A stretch of 64,000 nt of DNA from Antedon mediterranea. Taxonomy: Eukaryota > Animalia > Echinodermata. Where the stretch lies: the NCBI RefSeq assembly GCF_964355755.1, contig NC_092677.1:18436101-18500100 (forward strand), read 5' to 3'. The notes beneath the pieces were generated by a model. The model made no database searches. It saw nothing but the letters and a program-made list of their open reading frames with translations, and was not told the origin of the DNA. Both the position numbers and the translations under genes were made by a program. Positions within the stretch are counted from its first letter, which is position 1, and every line of letters begins with the position of its first letter. This document shows, piece by piece, positions 1 to 11,435 of this stretch.

Positions 1-287
1 CTTTAAATTTTTTGATCTATCGAACAACATGAACGAATGCTTAGAATGTCATCAACTTGTAACTCAACGCCAAGAGGCAATATTTTGCGAAGAATGCGAA
101 CGCTGGCAGCACAGGACGTGTGGTACGGCAATATCCCAGGAGGAATACCGGCGAGGTATTGAGAATGGATACATGGATTGGTCCTGTGGTGATTGTATGT
201 TGCCCAGCAATAACGAACATGCTCACGATGTTTTTGCGGAGAATTTGGGAAATTTCGCCGAACCCGACGAATTTGTCGAAGACGATC

Positions 288-1602
288 CAGGGCATCATTT
301 ATAAGGAGCGCCTGCGCGACCGCGCTCCTCCGCGCTCCTCAACAGGCTTCGAGGAGAGCAATTTATCGCGCTCCTTAATTTTCAAAATAGAGCCTAGCTT
401 TTGACAGTGTTGATTTTTCTGTCAAGAGGCCTAAAAACACGTGGATTTTTAAAAGTTAAAACCAATCTAGGCCTAGGCTAATAATATATAAGCTAAGTTA
501 TAAAGCTACAAGCCTAATGGCAGTCCCTCGTTTTTAAGGATCGCGAGCGCGATCGCAATCAACAACCTTCGAAAAGGAGAGCAATTCATCGCGCTCCATC
601 TCACAGTGCGAGGTACCAACAAAGGGGATTCCCCTGCCTGCGCGCATTCAAGGGCGAGTTTACTTCATCGCCTCATAGTGCAACCAGTACGGTGTCATAG
701 AAACACCTCCTTTACAGGAAGATCATGTCCCAACCAATAATTTTTCCCTTTATGTTTTTATGGAACGAGTTAATAAAATATATTTAATTTTAAAAGGAAA
801 CATTAATATAGGAGGCCTAAATATAATGTTTATTATTTAAAAAAGCTTAGCTGCTGGTTGCTTTAATTATGTCATTTTGAAGATGGATTATTTCTTCGAA
901 AGTTCTAACCAATTTTGGTCACTCAAATCCTCCTCAAAACACGTGCTGATGTGTGACGTCAGCATCTTCTAGAAGCTCTCTCAGCCCTCCCCCTATTGTG
1001 CGTGCGCCCATGTGTGACACATGTAAACACGATCAAATATCTTTCTTAATTATTTTAAAATGACACTTTGTAACTTATTATCAATATTTTAATGGCTGTT
1101 GCATGTTAGAATTGTATAATTTATGAATTGCAGGTAAATACTTTTCAGGTTTTCTGTCTGATTTCTAGGCCAACAAGCTAGGCTAGAAAAGCTAGGCTAA
1201 AGGCATATAGTTGGCCAGGACAGGATTCTCCAGGCTCCTGAAACCCAATCTACCCAGGCAGGCCATAAAAAAAAAATTGGCTTGAGTTTTTTGTACTGTA
1301 GAATAATACGATCCCCACGGAAAATATTGTGTGTAAAGGTGGGTGTGGTGGATTTTAGGGGAGAGGTACAGTATACATTTGTTGTGCCCGGGGGGGGGGG
1401 TTATCCCCTGTCGGGCAAAAAAATGTGTACAAAAAATTAATAAGGGCCAGCCATTTTTAATAAGGGCGACCATCCTTCAACTTCAACATAAATATTTGAG
1501 GAGAGCGATTTAAAATTTTTGCAAGGAGAGCGAATTGCTCTCCTTGGTGATTTGAGGAGAGCGATTTGTTGCTCTCCTGGGTTTTGCATACGTGATGCCC
1601 TG
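288..1602. mobile_element. Non-autonomous DNA transposon with CAGGG termini and 6-bp TSD (hAT6-like)
   Basis: TIR CAGGGCATCA...TGATGCCCTG; TSD ACGATC at 282-287 and 1603-1608; repeated subterminal GGAGAGC/GCTCTCC motifs; removal restores the host reading frame. Confidence 0.85.
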
Positions 1603-1731
1603 ACGATCTACCAGACCCATATCCGGTTGCTAATCCTGTGGTAGCTCCAGAGGATGAAGTGACCTACAGAGTTCTTCCAGGAACCTCTAACCGGGGCAAG
1701 GTATTTGAATTAAGTATTTTTTTGCGTTTCA

Positions 1732-2324
1732 TGTTTTATTTAACAATTAATAATTATACTCAATTACTGTTTTTATATTTTGGATCTGTTAAATTTGTAC
1801 AGAGATGACCTAATTCAATTACATTATCGCCACAAATTACTTAATTTATGTATATTTACAGATTCGGTTAAGTGCATTTATTTATCGTGTTTTATTTAAC
1901 AACAAATTATACTCAATTACTGTTTTTATATTTTGGATCTGTTAAATTTGTACAGAGATGACCTAATTCAATTACATTATCGCCACAAATTACGTAATTA
2001 ATATATTTACAGATTCGGTTAAGTGCATTTATTTATCGTGTTTTATTTAACAATTCATTTTTCAATTAGGCCTACTGTTTTTATATTTTGGATCTGTAAA
2101 ATTTGTACAGAGATGACCTAATTCAATTACATTATTTAACAATTCATTTTTCAATTAGGCCTACTGTTTTTATATTTTGGATCTGTAAAATTTGTACAGA
2201 GATGACCTAATTCAATTACATTATCGCCACAAATTACGTAATTAATATATATTTACAGATTCGGTTAAGTGCATTTATTTATCGTGTTTTATTTAACAAT
2301 TCATTTTTCAATTACTGTTTTTAT
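1732..2324. repeat. Intronic tandem repeat, about 160-170 bp unit, 3-4 copies with a partial unit
   Basis: Recurrent TTTTGGATCTGT(T/A)AAATTTGTACAGAGATGACCTAATTCAATTACATTAT at about 1778, 1931, 2086 and 2176. Confidence 0.9.
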
Positions 2325-2502
2325 AGGACACGTTGGTTGATAGCATCGGTTATCAGTACACCAAAAAGGTCGACCGAACCCGTGCAACAGTGACTTGGAG
2401 ATGCCGTTCTGGTAGGCTAGTCTCTCTAGGCGCGGACTACTCACCCGAGCGGCGGAGATTTATGGAAAGCCATCGCTGACGACTCCGGCAACAAACTTTA
2501 AT

Positions 2503-2722
2503 TCTATTCGGCTCTTTTACCATTACGTTCGGCTCTTTTAGCATTCGGCGCATTTCTATTCGGCCCATTTACCATTACGTTCGGCTCTTTCAGCATTCGG
2601 CGCATTTCTATTTGGCCCATTTACGTTCGGCTCTTTCAGCATTCGGCTCTCTTTTATTCGGCCCATTTACCATTACGTTCGGTTCTTTTTGATTCGGCCC
2701 TTTTTTATTCGGCTCTTTCTGC
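2503..2722. repeat. Array of TTCGGC(C/T/G) motifs, probably the subterminal repeats of the MULE-like element
   Basis: About 15 copies of (A/G)TTCGGC spaced 14-22 bp apart just downstream of the PHD/FLYWCH relic. The transposon-end role is inferred. Confidence 0.55.
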
Positions 2723-2728
2723 ATTGTA

Positions 2729-3801
2729 TTTAATATACATTTATACAAATGTATTGATTTGCAATGAATGGATTATTAATGGAACATTCCAACTTATTTG
2801 GTTTAACCATACTTGCATACTTTAACACAAGTAGGTAAATGTATGGACCCTTGGATAATAAACATAAATAGTATTGTAATGCTATACAATACTGCAAATA
2901 GGTATTAACCACTTTTGATCGCCATTTGAATCAAAAGTGTGTTGGTACTGTTAGATATAATATAAACAAATATACTAATACACTGTATTACTGTGAGTGT
3001 GGGTAGCCCCTACTTTTAGATTATAAACACATAATAATATAATACTTTATTACTGACAGTTGCTTCTCAACGTTTGTATTAATTAATAATTACAAAAATA
3101 TAAACGTAGTAGTGGTCTTTAAATGTACGTACTTTACTATTTCAATCGACTATGAGACAGTGACAGTTTTAACAAAATATCGGTAATGTTTTACTCTATT
3201 TAGTGGTATATTAATTATAGGCCTATAAAAAAAAATATTTTGTTACTGGGTGGATATAAAGAAATATAAAGAATAATTTAATAATTATATAGAATAATTA
3301 TATTAAAAATTGTTCCTCTTTGTACCTATCCTCATCCCCAACCCTCAACTCTAATGGTAGATTCAAAACACAGATTGGGTTTGTTTAAATGAATCCAAAT
3401 AAAACATTTGGACTCATTTTGTGACAATTTTCTAGGTGCTAAATTTGGTTGACTACATAAATCATTGTGTCTATTTATTTGTTTCTGTAAACGACAATGT
3501 TTTATAGTCCTGCCCCCGGTCCTGCCGTACGTACATTTGAAATCGCCAGTTTTTTTACTCTGAAATTACTATGTATTCGAGAACCATCTAGTAATAATAA
3601 TTAATCTCATTTCACACACAATATAAAAATAAAAACCACACGTAAACAGCATTAACAATTCGTAAGCATTGTTTTATTTAATTATATTCGAATAATAACA
3701 ATAATGATAATTGAAACTTTGCACATAAAACTGTTTTTCTATAAAGAATTGTTTTTAAACAGTTGTTTGTAGCTCACGTTTTATATGTAAATTAATACAT
3801 T
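2729..3801 (+). mobile_element. Helitron 3' half lacking the terminal hairpin, plus ~210 bp of flank; duplicate of 17980-19022
   Basis: Near-identical to 17980-19022 and reverse-complement homologous to 13390-14250. Ends GAGAACCATCTAG near 3592, then shared downstream sequence. Confidence 0.75.
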
Positions 3802-4153
3802 CATTCCATCTTACTATTCTAACTAAACTTTATCACTATGGAATCCGAACCCTAATCCTTCTCACTCCTCGTGCTGCCTTCCTATGAATTGTGGCGTCCC
3901 ACAAGGATCTATACTCTCGTAAACGAGTGATTTAGAGTGAACTGATGTTCACTCTTAAATGAGTGGTAATCCACTCCAATGTGAGCGACTGCCATAATTA
4001 TTAAGCATAAAATATACCACTCCTTCAACGAGTGTGCATGTATTCCCGCTCGAACTGTAAACACTCGCCACTCGACTCCCGGGAGTGAAAACTTTTGATC
4101 GAGGCAGCCAATCAAATGCAAGCATTTCATAATTGTTATCGTCATCGCGCGCT

Positions 4154-4288
4154 TGTGTAATCACTTCTTGTTGCTATACGCTTATTGGGTGCACACGGAA
4201 CAAGAACATTTAACTGATGAATTATTCATGTTTATTTTGTGACGTTTCATGAGGGGGTCCCCAACTTATGTACGAAAACAAAAATCGC
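4154..4288. mobile_element. Solo right TIR of the MULE-type MITE family found at 32389 and 39467
   Basis: Matches 39929-40060 (TGTGTAATCACTTCTTGTTGCTATACGC...GGGGGTCCCCAACTTATGTACG..AAAATCGC); followed by GGACCGGAT. Confidence 0.85.
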
Positions 4289-5274
4289 GGACCGGATGGC
4301 CCTCTGCTGCGGCCTTATTATTTACTATCCCAAGGCCTAGCCTTGCTCTATCTAGCCAAGCTAGGCTAGTAGTACTAGGCTACTACTAGGCCTAGGCTAG
4401 GCCTACTATACTGTAGGCTGGGTATTCCTCTGTATGCCTAGACTAGGCTAGGCTTCCTTGTAAAAGGGTATTCATCGATTCAAAAAATATACAATAATCT
4501 TTTTTTAATTAATCATTTTAGTTAAATACAAAAGATGGTTTACAAAATGCGAAAACACAGAAATAAGCAATTGCTGTAACTTTAAGTGCATTTACTGTTT
4601 TGCAGATGATCTGGATGTGTTCAGATATATAAAAATTACCATCAATATCAAGAGGTGGGAAAAGCAAAGTCTACGATGCTTTTCATTACATTGTACAACA
4701 GCCAGTGAGTACTTGTTAAACGTTTTTATATTTTCATCATTAAATTGCAATAGATCTATACAAAATTTGTGTTTCATTCTTTGTAAAATACTCTTAGCAC
4801 AGTATGTGATTATACATTAAATGAGCCCCCAATAAAATGCAATGTCATCTTCTCCCTTACTTCTCACAAGATCACTGTTAATTTTGTATCTGGAGCTCAA
4901 ACCTGGTTAAAATTTATTTATTTTCTGCATATTTTGAAATTGGTATAATTAAAAGTTAAACAAGAAAAGAAGGAAGGCAACTGGGAAATGTCTTTAGCTC
5001 ACACATTTGGTAAATTTTTAATGTGCAGTATACCAAATTGAAATTCAAACCACCTGATCAAAAACAAGCGTGCATTGTTGATCAGTATATTAACAAGGTG
5101 ATTAAAGATACAAAATTGTAGTGTTTATTATGTGATAAATAATAGACTAAAGTACATTTTGAGTATCGGAGGATTTGTGATAAATTCTTATTTTTCAGCT
5201 TGTTATACTGTATTTTTATATTTTTCAGGCTGGGACAGATGTTGACAGCTTTGCATCAGGAAAAGACCAGACTT

Positions 5275-8200
5275 TTTTTTTTTTGTTTTTTTTTTTTTTT
5301 TATTGAACACTTTCATATTTAAATTTAAAAAATAGCTTAAAATAATAACACTTTCTTATTAATAGTAATACACAATATAAATAATAACACTTTTTAAATA
5401 ATAATAATATATAATATACATTTCTCTTAAGAACAAACTATAAATAATTTCATGATGTAATAAATATAAATCTACTTTTTCTTTTTTCTTAAAAACAAAG
5501 TCTATAAATAATTTGTTGTCAATTTTTTTTTTATAACATATTTCAACTAAATAATTTAATTAAACATAAAACTTTCTTATTCAAATATATAGTTATAACT
5601 TACTAAATAAACAGATCATAAAAGTGTATAAATAATTCAGGATTAAAAAACATATTATAAAAAACAGTACTAAGTCCTTTTTTTTAATGCAAAGTTACCA
5701 GTCAATAAGTTCATGTTTTTCCAAGAAAGGACTCCATTTGTTTAAGTAAGTATGATGCTCCCCTTTGGTTTTCAAAATAAATTCTTCTTGTTTAACGTGT
5801 AACTTAATCTCATTCACGAATCGAACAATATTGGGCTTAATTTTTCTCATTTTACAGCTATATATGTAGTGTCGACAAATTAGTAAAATAGTATTTAGGG
5901 CTTTAAATGGTTTTTTTCTAACTCCAAAAAGGCATAATTCGGGGTTGATAATTACATTTATATTAAAATATGATTTCAACCATTGTTTAATCTTTCTCCA
6001 AAATATTTTAATTTCACAGCATTGTGCAAAAATATGTATTAAGGTTTCTGTTTCTGCTTTACATAAAGCACATAAAGGTGAGTCAATTTTCCCAATTTTA
6101 TACAAAAAGGAGTTATTACCTAAAATTCTATGCACAATTTTATATTGAAACCAGATTAGTGGTGTGGACATAGTAAGTGAGAAAAACATGGTATTAATAA
6201 TTTCCCACTCTTTATCAACATATAAAGTATCCAATGCCTTCTCCCACTTAATTTTAGCTTTCGATTGTTTTTTTCTAGAGTTGATTAGAGTATTATAAAT
6301 TAGCTTTGATCCTTTTTTATTTTTTATTACTACGCTAAGGTTAAAAGGTAGTAGTGGGCTATTTATTTTTCCTTTTGGAGAAATTTGATATAAAGACGTA
6401 TGTTGTCTGACCGCATGTATTAGGCCTTCATATTGAAGAAAGTTGATGTTAAGATTATGACGTTTACTAAGTTGTTTTAATGGAGTTATTCCATGTCTAT
6501 CAACTAAATCATTTATAAAATTCACCCCATGATTACTCCAGTTTTTATAATAGATACTTTCTCCGCCGACTTTAATATTATCATTCATCCAGAGTGTTTG
6601 TCTACATATCGATTCGGTGCTCATAGGAGTGTTGTGTTTCACAAATACGCACCACGCCTTTATTACATCCAGCCAAAATGCATTGTAAGGCTTAACCTTC
6701 GCTAATTTGATTAATTTCGATGATCCGCCTTCTATGAGCCAAGTTTTATGAATATTCAACACGAGTGGAACTAAAAGAGCCCATCCCGTCTCATTGGACG
6801 TTACTAACCGTCTAACCCACGTGATTTTTACCGATTGAATATATGCGTTTATATCGACCATTCGTAAGCCTCCAAATTTATTTTCTTGTATAAGTTGATC
6901 TCTGGATATTCTATCCACCCCTTTCCATATGAAACGATATAGTTCTGACTTAAGTGATTTTATTACATTTTCAGGGGGATCGGGTAATGTCGAAAGGATA
7001 TAGGTAAGTTTGGACAGTAATAAAGACTTCACTACCGTGATTCTTCCCAAAACAGTTAAGTTTCTTTTTGACCAATGTCTCATTGTATTTTTAATTGATT
7101 TATATACGTCTTCATAGTTCAAATCTACCATTTTATTTAAATTTGTACTGAACCGAATACCCAATGATTCAAAGGGTTCTCCATGTTTGATCCATTTTAT
7201 ATTATAGTTTTCGCATATTGAGTCACCTCGGTCTTTAAAAGAGCCAACCCAGACAGCATTTGTTTTGTTCACATTCACTTTTAGCCCGGAAATTTTGGAA
7301 AATACGTCGAGAGTCTTAAATGCTTCGTGCATTGACTTCTCTTTACCGTCAAGAAACAATACAGTGTCGTCCGCATACTGAGATAATCGATACTCATGAT
7401 TTGCAATTGATATTCCTTTAATTTGTTTATTTTCAGATATCATTGAGGATAAAATTTCTGCGCACAGAAGAAACAGGTATGGACTCAGCCCATCCCCTTG
7501 TCTACATCCTCTTTCGATTAAGAATGATTCGGAGAGAAAGCCATTGACAAGAACTGAGGATCTTGCATCTTTATATAGTACTTTCACCCATTTTTGAATG
7601 GATTGTCCGAAGTTAAAATGTTTAAGAACGCAGTTAACAAATGTGTGAGAAATGCAGTCGAACGCTTTTTCAAAGTCTATCAGTAAAAGCAGACCAGGGA
7701 TTTTCTTCTTTTCACAAATTTGAATAACATCATACATAAGTCTTGTATTTTCGCCTATATATCTCCCATTAATAAATCCTTTCTGTTGTTCACTAATTAA
7801 TATATCAAGGACCGATTTTATTCGTTCTGCAATGCATGACGAAACAAGTTTATAAGTGACACTTAACAGGGTAATAGGTCTCCAGTTTTTTAGATACTCT
7901 CTGGGTTTATCCCTCTTAGGGAGTAAAGTAATTATTCCTGACTTTTGGGAAGTTGACAGTTGACCTGAGTTATACGACTCGTTAATAGCTCTCAAAAGAT
8001 AGTAAACTAAATCCGCAAAAAAGAACTTAAAAAACTCATAGCTAAAGCCGTCAATACCAGGTGACTTTCCATTTTGTGACCTCTTAAGAGCCACTAAAAG
8101 TTCGTTATAAGTAATTGGCCCTTCAATTTTATTTTGTTGTTCTTTTGTTAATGTTGGTAATGTATTCATAGTTTTAAGAAGTTTTACAATATTTTTTTCA

Positions 8201-9764
8201 TCATCTGTATTGTGGTTTGAGGAATAAAGGTTTTTATAAAATTGTCTAGACTCAACAAGAATTTCATTTGTGTTTTGCAGAATACTATTGTTGCTTTCCT
8301 TTACTATTTTATTTATAGTTTTATCAACAAAATTTTTCTTTTCCATATTAAGAAAAAATTTGGTCGGCCTTTCGCCTTCTTCGATCCATTTAAGTTTAGT
8401 TTTCATCATTATTCTTTCCATCTTCACTTTTCTGATACTCATAAGTTCGCCGGACTTAATTTCTAGTGTACCATTTAACGTGGCGTCGCCCTTATTGATA
8501 TCAAGTGTTATTTTTTCTATTTCCCTTTCTAATTCTTTTTCTTTTTTATTTTCAATCTTTTTCTTATAAGCCCCGTAAGAAATTGTTTTTGCTCTAATTT
8601 CCATTAATATCATTTCTAAAAGAAGTTGATCACTGATGCTAAACAGCGCTTTATTAGCATCTTTATTATCTTTTTCGTTTTGCACTATATATTGTTTTAG
8701 GACTCTATTTATGGTTTCTTTAACTTGTTGCACGTATTGAATATCTTTTAATAAGGTATTGTCAAATTTCCAGTATCCTGGCCCGTATTTTATCTGGTTC
8801 ATCGTCATTTTAATATCTACGAGTGAGTGATCGGTTCGGTAACCTGGTTTTATATTACAATCCAGCATTTTGCTGTTTAGTTCAGATGAGATTAGGAAAT
8901 AATCAAGCCTGGCTTGTTTATTGAATTTATTCTGTCTCCAGGTAAACTTTTGTTCATCTCGGTTGTAAACACGCCAAACATCTGTAAGATTAAATTCACT
9001 ACAAATATTTATTATCTTTTCTCTTGCCTTTGGATTATTAAGTTTTAGGTAATTTTTACAGTCTAATTTTTTGTCCAAAATACAGTTCCAGTCGCCGCAA
9101 ACGATATTATGTGGGTTTTCATATTCTAAAACAACTTCCCTCATTTTGTCGTAAAAACCGGGGGTGTCGTTGTTGGGCCCATAAATTGAGATTAGCGTAA
9201 ATTTTAGATCGTCAACCTTTACCTCCAAAGCTAACATATTTCCATCATTATCTTTTTTATGCTTTGTAACAGTGTAGGGAAAGTTATTATTGAAAAAGAT
9301 TGCGACTCCCCTTGCATTACTACGATATGAACTAAAAAAACAATCAAGGCCCCACTCCAATCTAACAAGTGACTCAGTTTCTGCCGAGAAGTGTACATCT
9401 TGGAGGCAAATAATATTGTATTTTTTTGACTTTAGATAGTGTAACACATCTCTGCGTTTTGATTTTTCTGCTAGACCTCGACAGTTCATTGAAACTATTG
9501 ATAGCGTATTATTATTATTAGACATTTTTTATTGTTATTTTTTTACTTATTTTGTTTATATATAACGGTAGATAAAATAATAAAGCAAGGGTATATATGG
9601 TGTCATAATGGTTGTTTTGTGCAACAACCATAAACCATAGCAGTCCAAAAATTGTTTTAGCTTCGATGAGTAATGGACTGATTCTATTGCATTGTATTTT
9701 ACTACGTTTGTAAAATTTGCATTTTATGTTAATTAAATTTTTATTACAGACGATTATAAGTAAG
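5275..9764 (-). mobile_element. Tx1/L1-group non-LTR retrotransposon, 5'-truncated just upstream of ORF2, with poly(A) tail and ~139-bp target duplication
   Basis: Poly-T run at about 5273-5301, AT-rich 3' UTR, intact ORF2, and a direct repeat 5136-5274 = 9765-9903 abutting both ends. Confidence 0.92.
5695..9525 (-). CDS. LINE ORF2 protein (APE endonuclease, reverse transcriptase, C-terminal CCHC), 1276 aa
   Basis: APE motifs (SMNCRGL, CLQDVH, GDWN, RLDYFL, TDHS); Tx1-type GPGYWKFD and EGERPTKFF; RT motifs (KSPGIDG, NWRPITLL, DFEKAFD, GCRQGDGLSP, QYADD); CALC..ETLIHIFAQC. Confidence 0.97.
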   Translation of the reverse strand: MSNNNNTLSIVSMNCRGLAEKSKRRDVLHYLKSKKYNIICLQDVHFSAETESLVRLEWGLDCFFSSYRSNARGVAIFFNNNFPYTVTKHKKDNDGNMLALEVKVDDLKFTLISIYGPNNDTPGFYDKMREVVLEYENPHNIVCGDWNCILDKKLDCKNYLKLNNPKAREKIINICSEFNLTDVWRVYNRDEQKFTWRQNKFNKQARLDYFLISSELNSKMLDCNIKPGYRTDHSLVDIKMTMNQIKYGPGYWKFDNTLLKDIQYVQQVKETINRVLKQYIVQNEKDNKDANKALFSISDQLLLEMILMEIRAKTISYGAYKKKIENKKEKELEREIEKITLDINKGDATLNGTLEIKSGELMSIRKVKMERIMMKTKLKWIEEGERPTKFFLNMEKKNFVDKTINKIVKESNNSILQNTNEILVESRQFYKNLYSSNHNTDDEKNIVKLLKTMNTLPTLTKEQQNKIEGPITYNELLVALKRSQNGKSPGIDGFSYEFFKFFFADLVYYLLRAINESYNSGQLSTSQKSGIITLLPKRDKPREYLKNWRPITLLSVTYKLVSSCIAERIKSVLDILISEQQKGFINGRYIGENTRLMYDVIQICEKKKIPGLLLLIDFEKAFDCISHTFVNCVLKHFNFGQSIQKWVKVLYKDARSSVLVNGFLSESFLIERGCRQGDGLSPYLFLLCAEILSSMISENKQIKGISIANHEYRLSQYADDTVLFLDGKEKSMHEAFKTLDVFSKISGLKVNVNKTNAVWVGSFKDRGDSICENYNIKWIKHGEPFESLGIRFSTNLNKMVDLNYEDVYKSIKNTMRHWSKRNLTVLGRITVVKSLLLSKLTYILSTLPDPPENVIKSLKSELYRFIWKGVDRISRDQLIQENKFGGLRMVDINAYIQSVKITWVRRLVTSNETGWALLVPLVLNIHKTWLIEGGSSKLIKLAKVKPYNAFWLDVIKAWCVFVKHNTPMSTESICRQTLWMNDNIKVGGESIYYKNWSNHGVNFINDLVDRHGITPLKQLSKRHNLNINFLQYEGLIHAVRQHTSLYQISPKGKINSPLLPFNLSVVIKNKKGSKLIYNTLINSRKKQSKAKIKWEKALDTLYVDKEWEIINTMFFSLTMSTPLIWFQYKIVHRILGNNSFLYKIGKIDSPLCALCKAETETLIHIFAQCCEIKIFWRKIKQWLKSYFNINVIINPELCLFGVRKKPFKALNTILLICRHYIYSCKMRKIKPNIVRFVNEIKLHVKQEEFILKTKGEHHTYLNKWSPFLEKHELIDW

Positions 9765-10699
9765 TAAATAATAGACTAAAGTACATTTTGAGTATCGGAG
9801 GATTTGTGATAAATTCTTATTTTTCAGCTTGTTATACTGTATTTTTATATTTTTCAGGCTGGGACAGATGTTGACAGCTTTGCATCAGGAAAAGACCAGA
9901 CTTATTTACAGCCATTTATCCTTGCATTGGGTGATGTTAAAGAACCTACAGAGTTTTTTTGTTATTGTTGATGCAACATCTATTCCTGGTGGTAGCGCAA
10001 TTGTTCAGAAAATTGATCGACTTTTTAAAATTCAGACATTATATATTTAATGTCCAATTTGCCAGTCCGCTTTTAACCTTTTCAATTTCTTTGAAGGTCC
10101 CTTATAAGAAATTACAACAAACATCAAACCAACTGTTATATTCCCATCTTATTCGCGATGATGAGTAACGGAAATGAAATGTTTTTGATGAATTTAAATT
10201 ACCTCTTAATTATGCAGTATAGAGATTTGCTTTTCAAAATAAACAAATTAATATAGCTCAATGTCGGTTTCATTTATTTGGTTGTGCACAATTGTATTTT
10301 AAATGTTTGCAATGCATGTTTTTAAGGCTACTCTACCAAGTTTGGAATCACAGGAGCAGCCTTACAGACCGAAGATACAAGTAGTAAAAGAATACGTTAA
10401 AAATACCACTCCTAAAAAAGAGTGGTTTCCTTTCACTCTTTTATGAGTTGATTATTTTCACTCTTTTTGAAAGAGTGGGTCACTTTCACTCTTTTATGAG
10501 TGGATTATTTCCACTCTTGTTAAAAGAGTGAATTAAAATGTTCACTCTTTTTAGAGTTGGTTTCACTCATTTTAGAGTGATTTGGTGACCACTCTTTTTT
10601 TCACTCCAAAACGAGTTGTCCCTCAGTTAACTCTTTGAAAGAGTGGAAGTTCACTCTAGTTTGAGTGGTTTCTCACTCTTTTACATTAAGAGAGTACAC

Positions 10700-11435
10700 A
10701 TACCTCTCCTTTTCCTCATCTACATCAATGATATCCAACAAGTCTCAAATTAATTTTCTTATGTTCTTTTTGCCGACGATTCCAATATTTCATTCCGACT
10801 TAAAAAAATTAGCCTAATTTAAACTTTTAATTCCGAAATTCACCACGTCTAAAGCTGGTTCAAAACTAAAAAACTCTCATTAAATATTGATAAAACTAAC
10901 TTTATTCACTTCTCAAATAGTAACAAATCTAAAGAAAACCTTATCGAAATCTTCATAGACAATGTTTGAATTAAACAAGTTGATCATACTCAATTCCTCG
11001 GAGTGTCAATGACGACAAACTGAACTGGAAACGTCACATTAACACAATCTCTCAATCTATCTGGTAACAAACTAAAATTCACTTTCCCACAACACATCTT
11101 ACTTTCCCTTTATAACACCTTTATCATACCACATCTTAATTATTGTAACATTGAGTGGGCTGTCACACATTCCAAATACCTTGTCCATGGACTTCACAGA
11201 AACAACAAGACTTGACTATATGAATTATGAAGGCGATCCGTATCTGTACCCATTTCAAACACCTCACACGTTCCAAACCCCTTTTCTACAAAGTAAAAAC
11301 TCTTAACATCTTCGACATAAATAAATTGCAGACTGCTTTGTTCATACACAAATTTAGTAATGAGTAAAACTTCCTATGACATTTAATCGATTCTTTACAA
11401 AAAAACAACGAAGTTCACAATTATAACACCCGTTA
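10700..11435 (+). mobile_element. Degenerate L2/Crack-like LINE 3' fragment
   Basis: Translates in pieces to LLFLIYIND, LFADDSN, LSLNIDKTNFI, LYNTLIIPHLNYC and HNYNTR, with stops and frameshifts. Confidence 0.8.

Larger units (their letters stand above)
29..2479 (+). pseudogene. PHD-finger plus partial FLYWCH coding relic of a MULE/Mutator-like element (segments 29-287, 1609-1700, 2327-2479), interrupted by a MITE
   Basis: ORF 29-304 has a C4HC3 PHD pattern (CLEC..CEECERWQHRTC..WSCGDC). Removing the insertion 288-1602 and one TSD copy restores the frame (EDDLPDPYPVANPVVAPEDEVTYRVLPGTSNRGK). A GT at 1701 and AG at 2325-2326 splice it in frame to DTLVDSIGYQYTKKVDRTRATVTWRCRS, a FLYWCH-like N-terminal half. 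No DDE domain is seen. Confidence 0.7.
3912..10696 (+). mobile_element. Degenerate EnSpm/CACTA (CMC)-like element carrying the nested Tx1 LINE
   Basis: Termini TACTCTC...GAGAGTA with dense GAGTG/CACTC subterminal repeats (3912-4090, 10405-10696). Internal exon relic at 9857-10100 (AGTDVDSFASGKDQTYLQPFILALGDVKEPTEFFVIVDATSIPGGSAIVQKIDRLFK..HYIFNVQF) resembles animal EnSpm accessory proteins. No clear TSD. Confidence 0.55.

Noticed and set aside
5945-8569. Plus-strand ORFs inside the LINE
   Set aside because: They are antisense shadows of ORF2.
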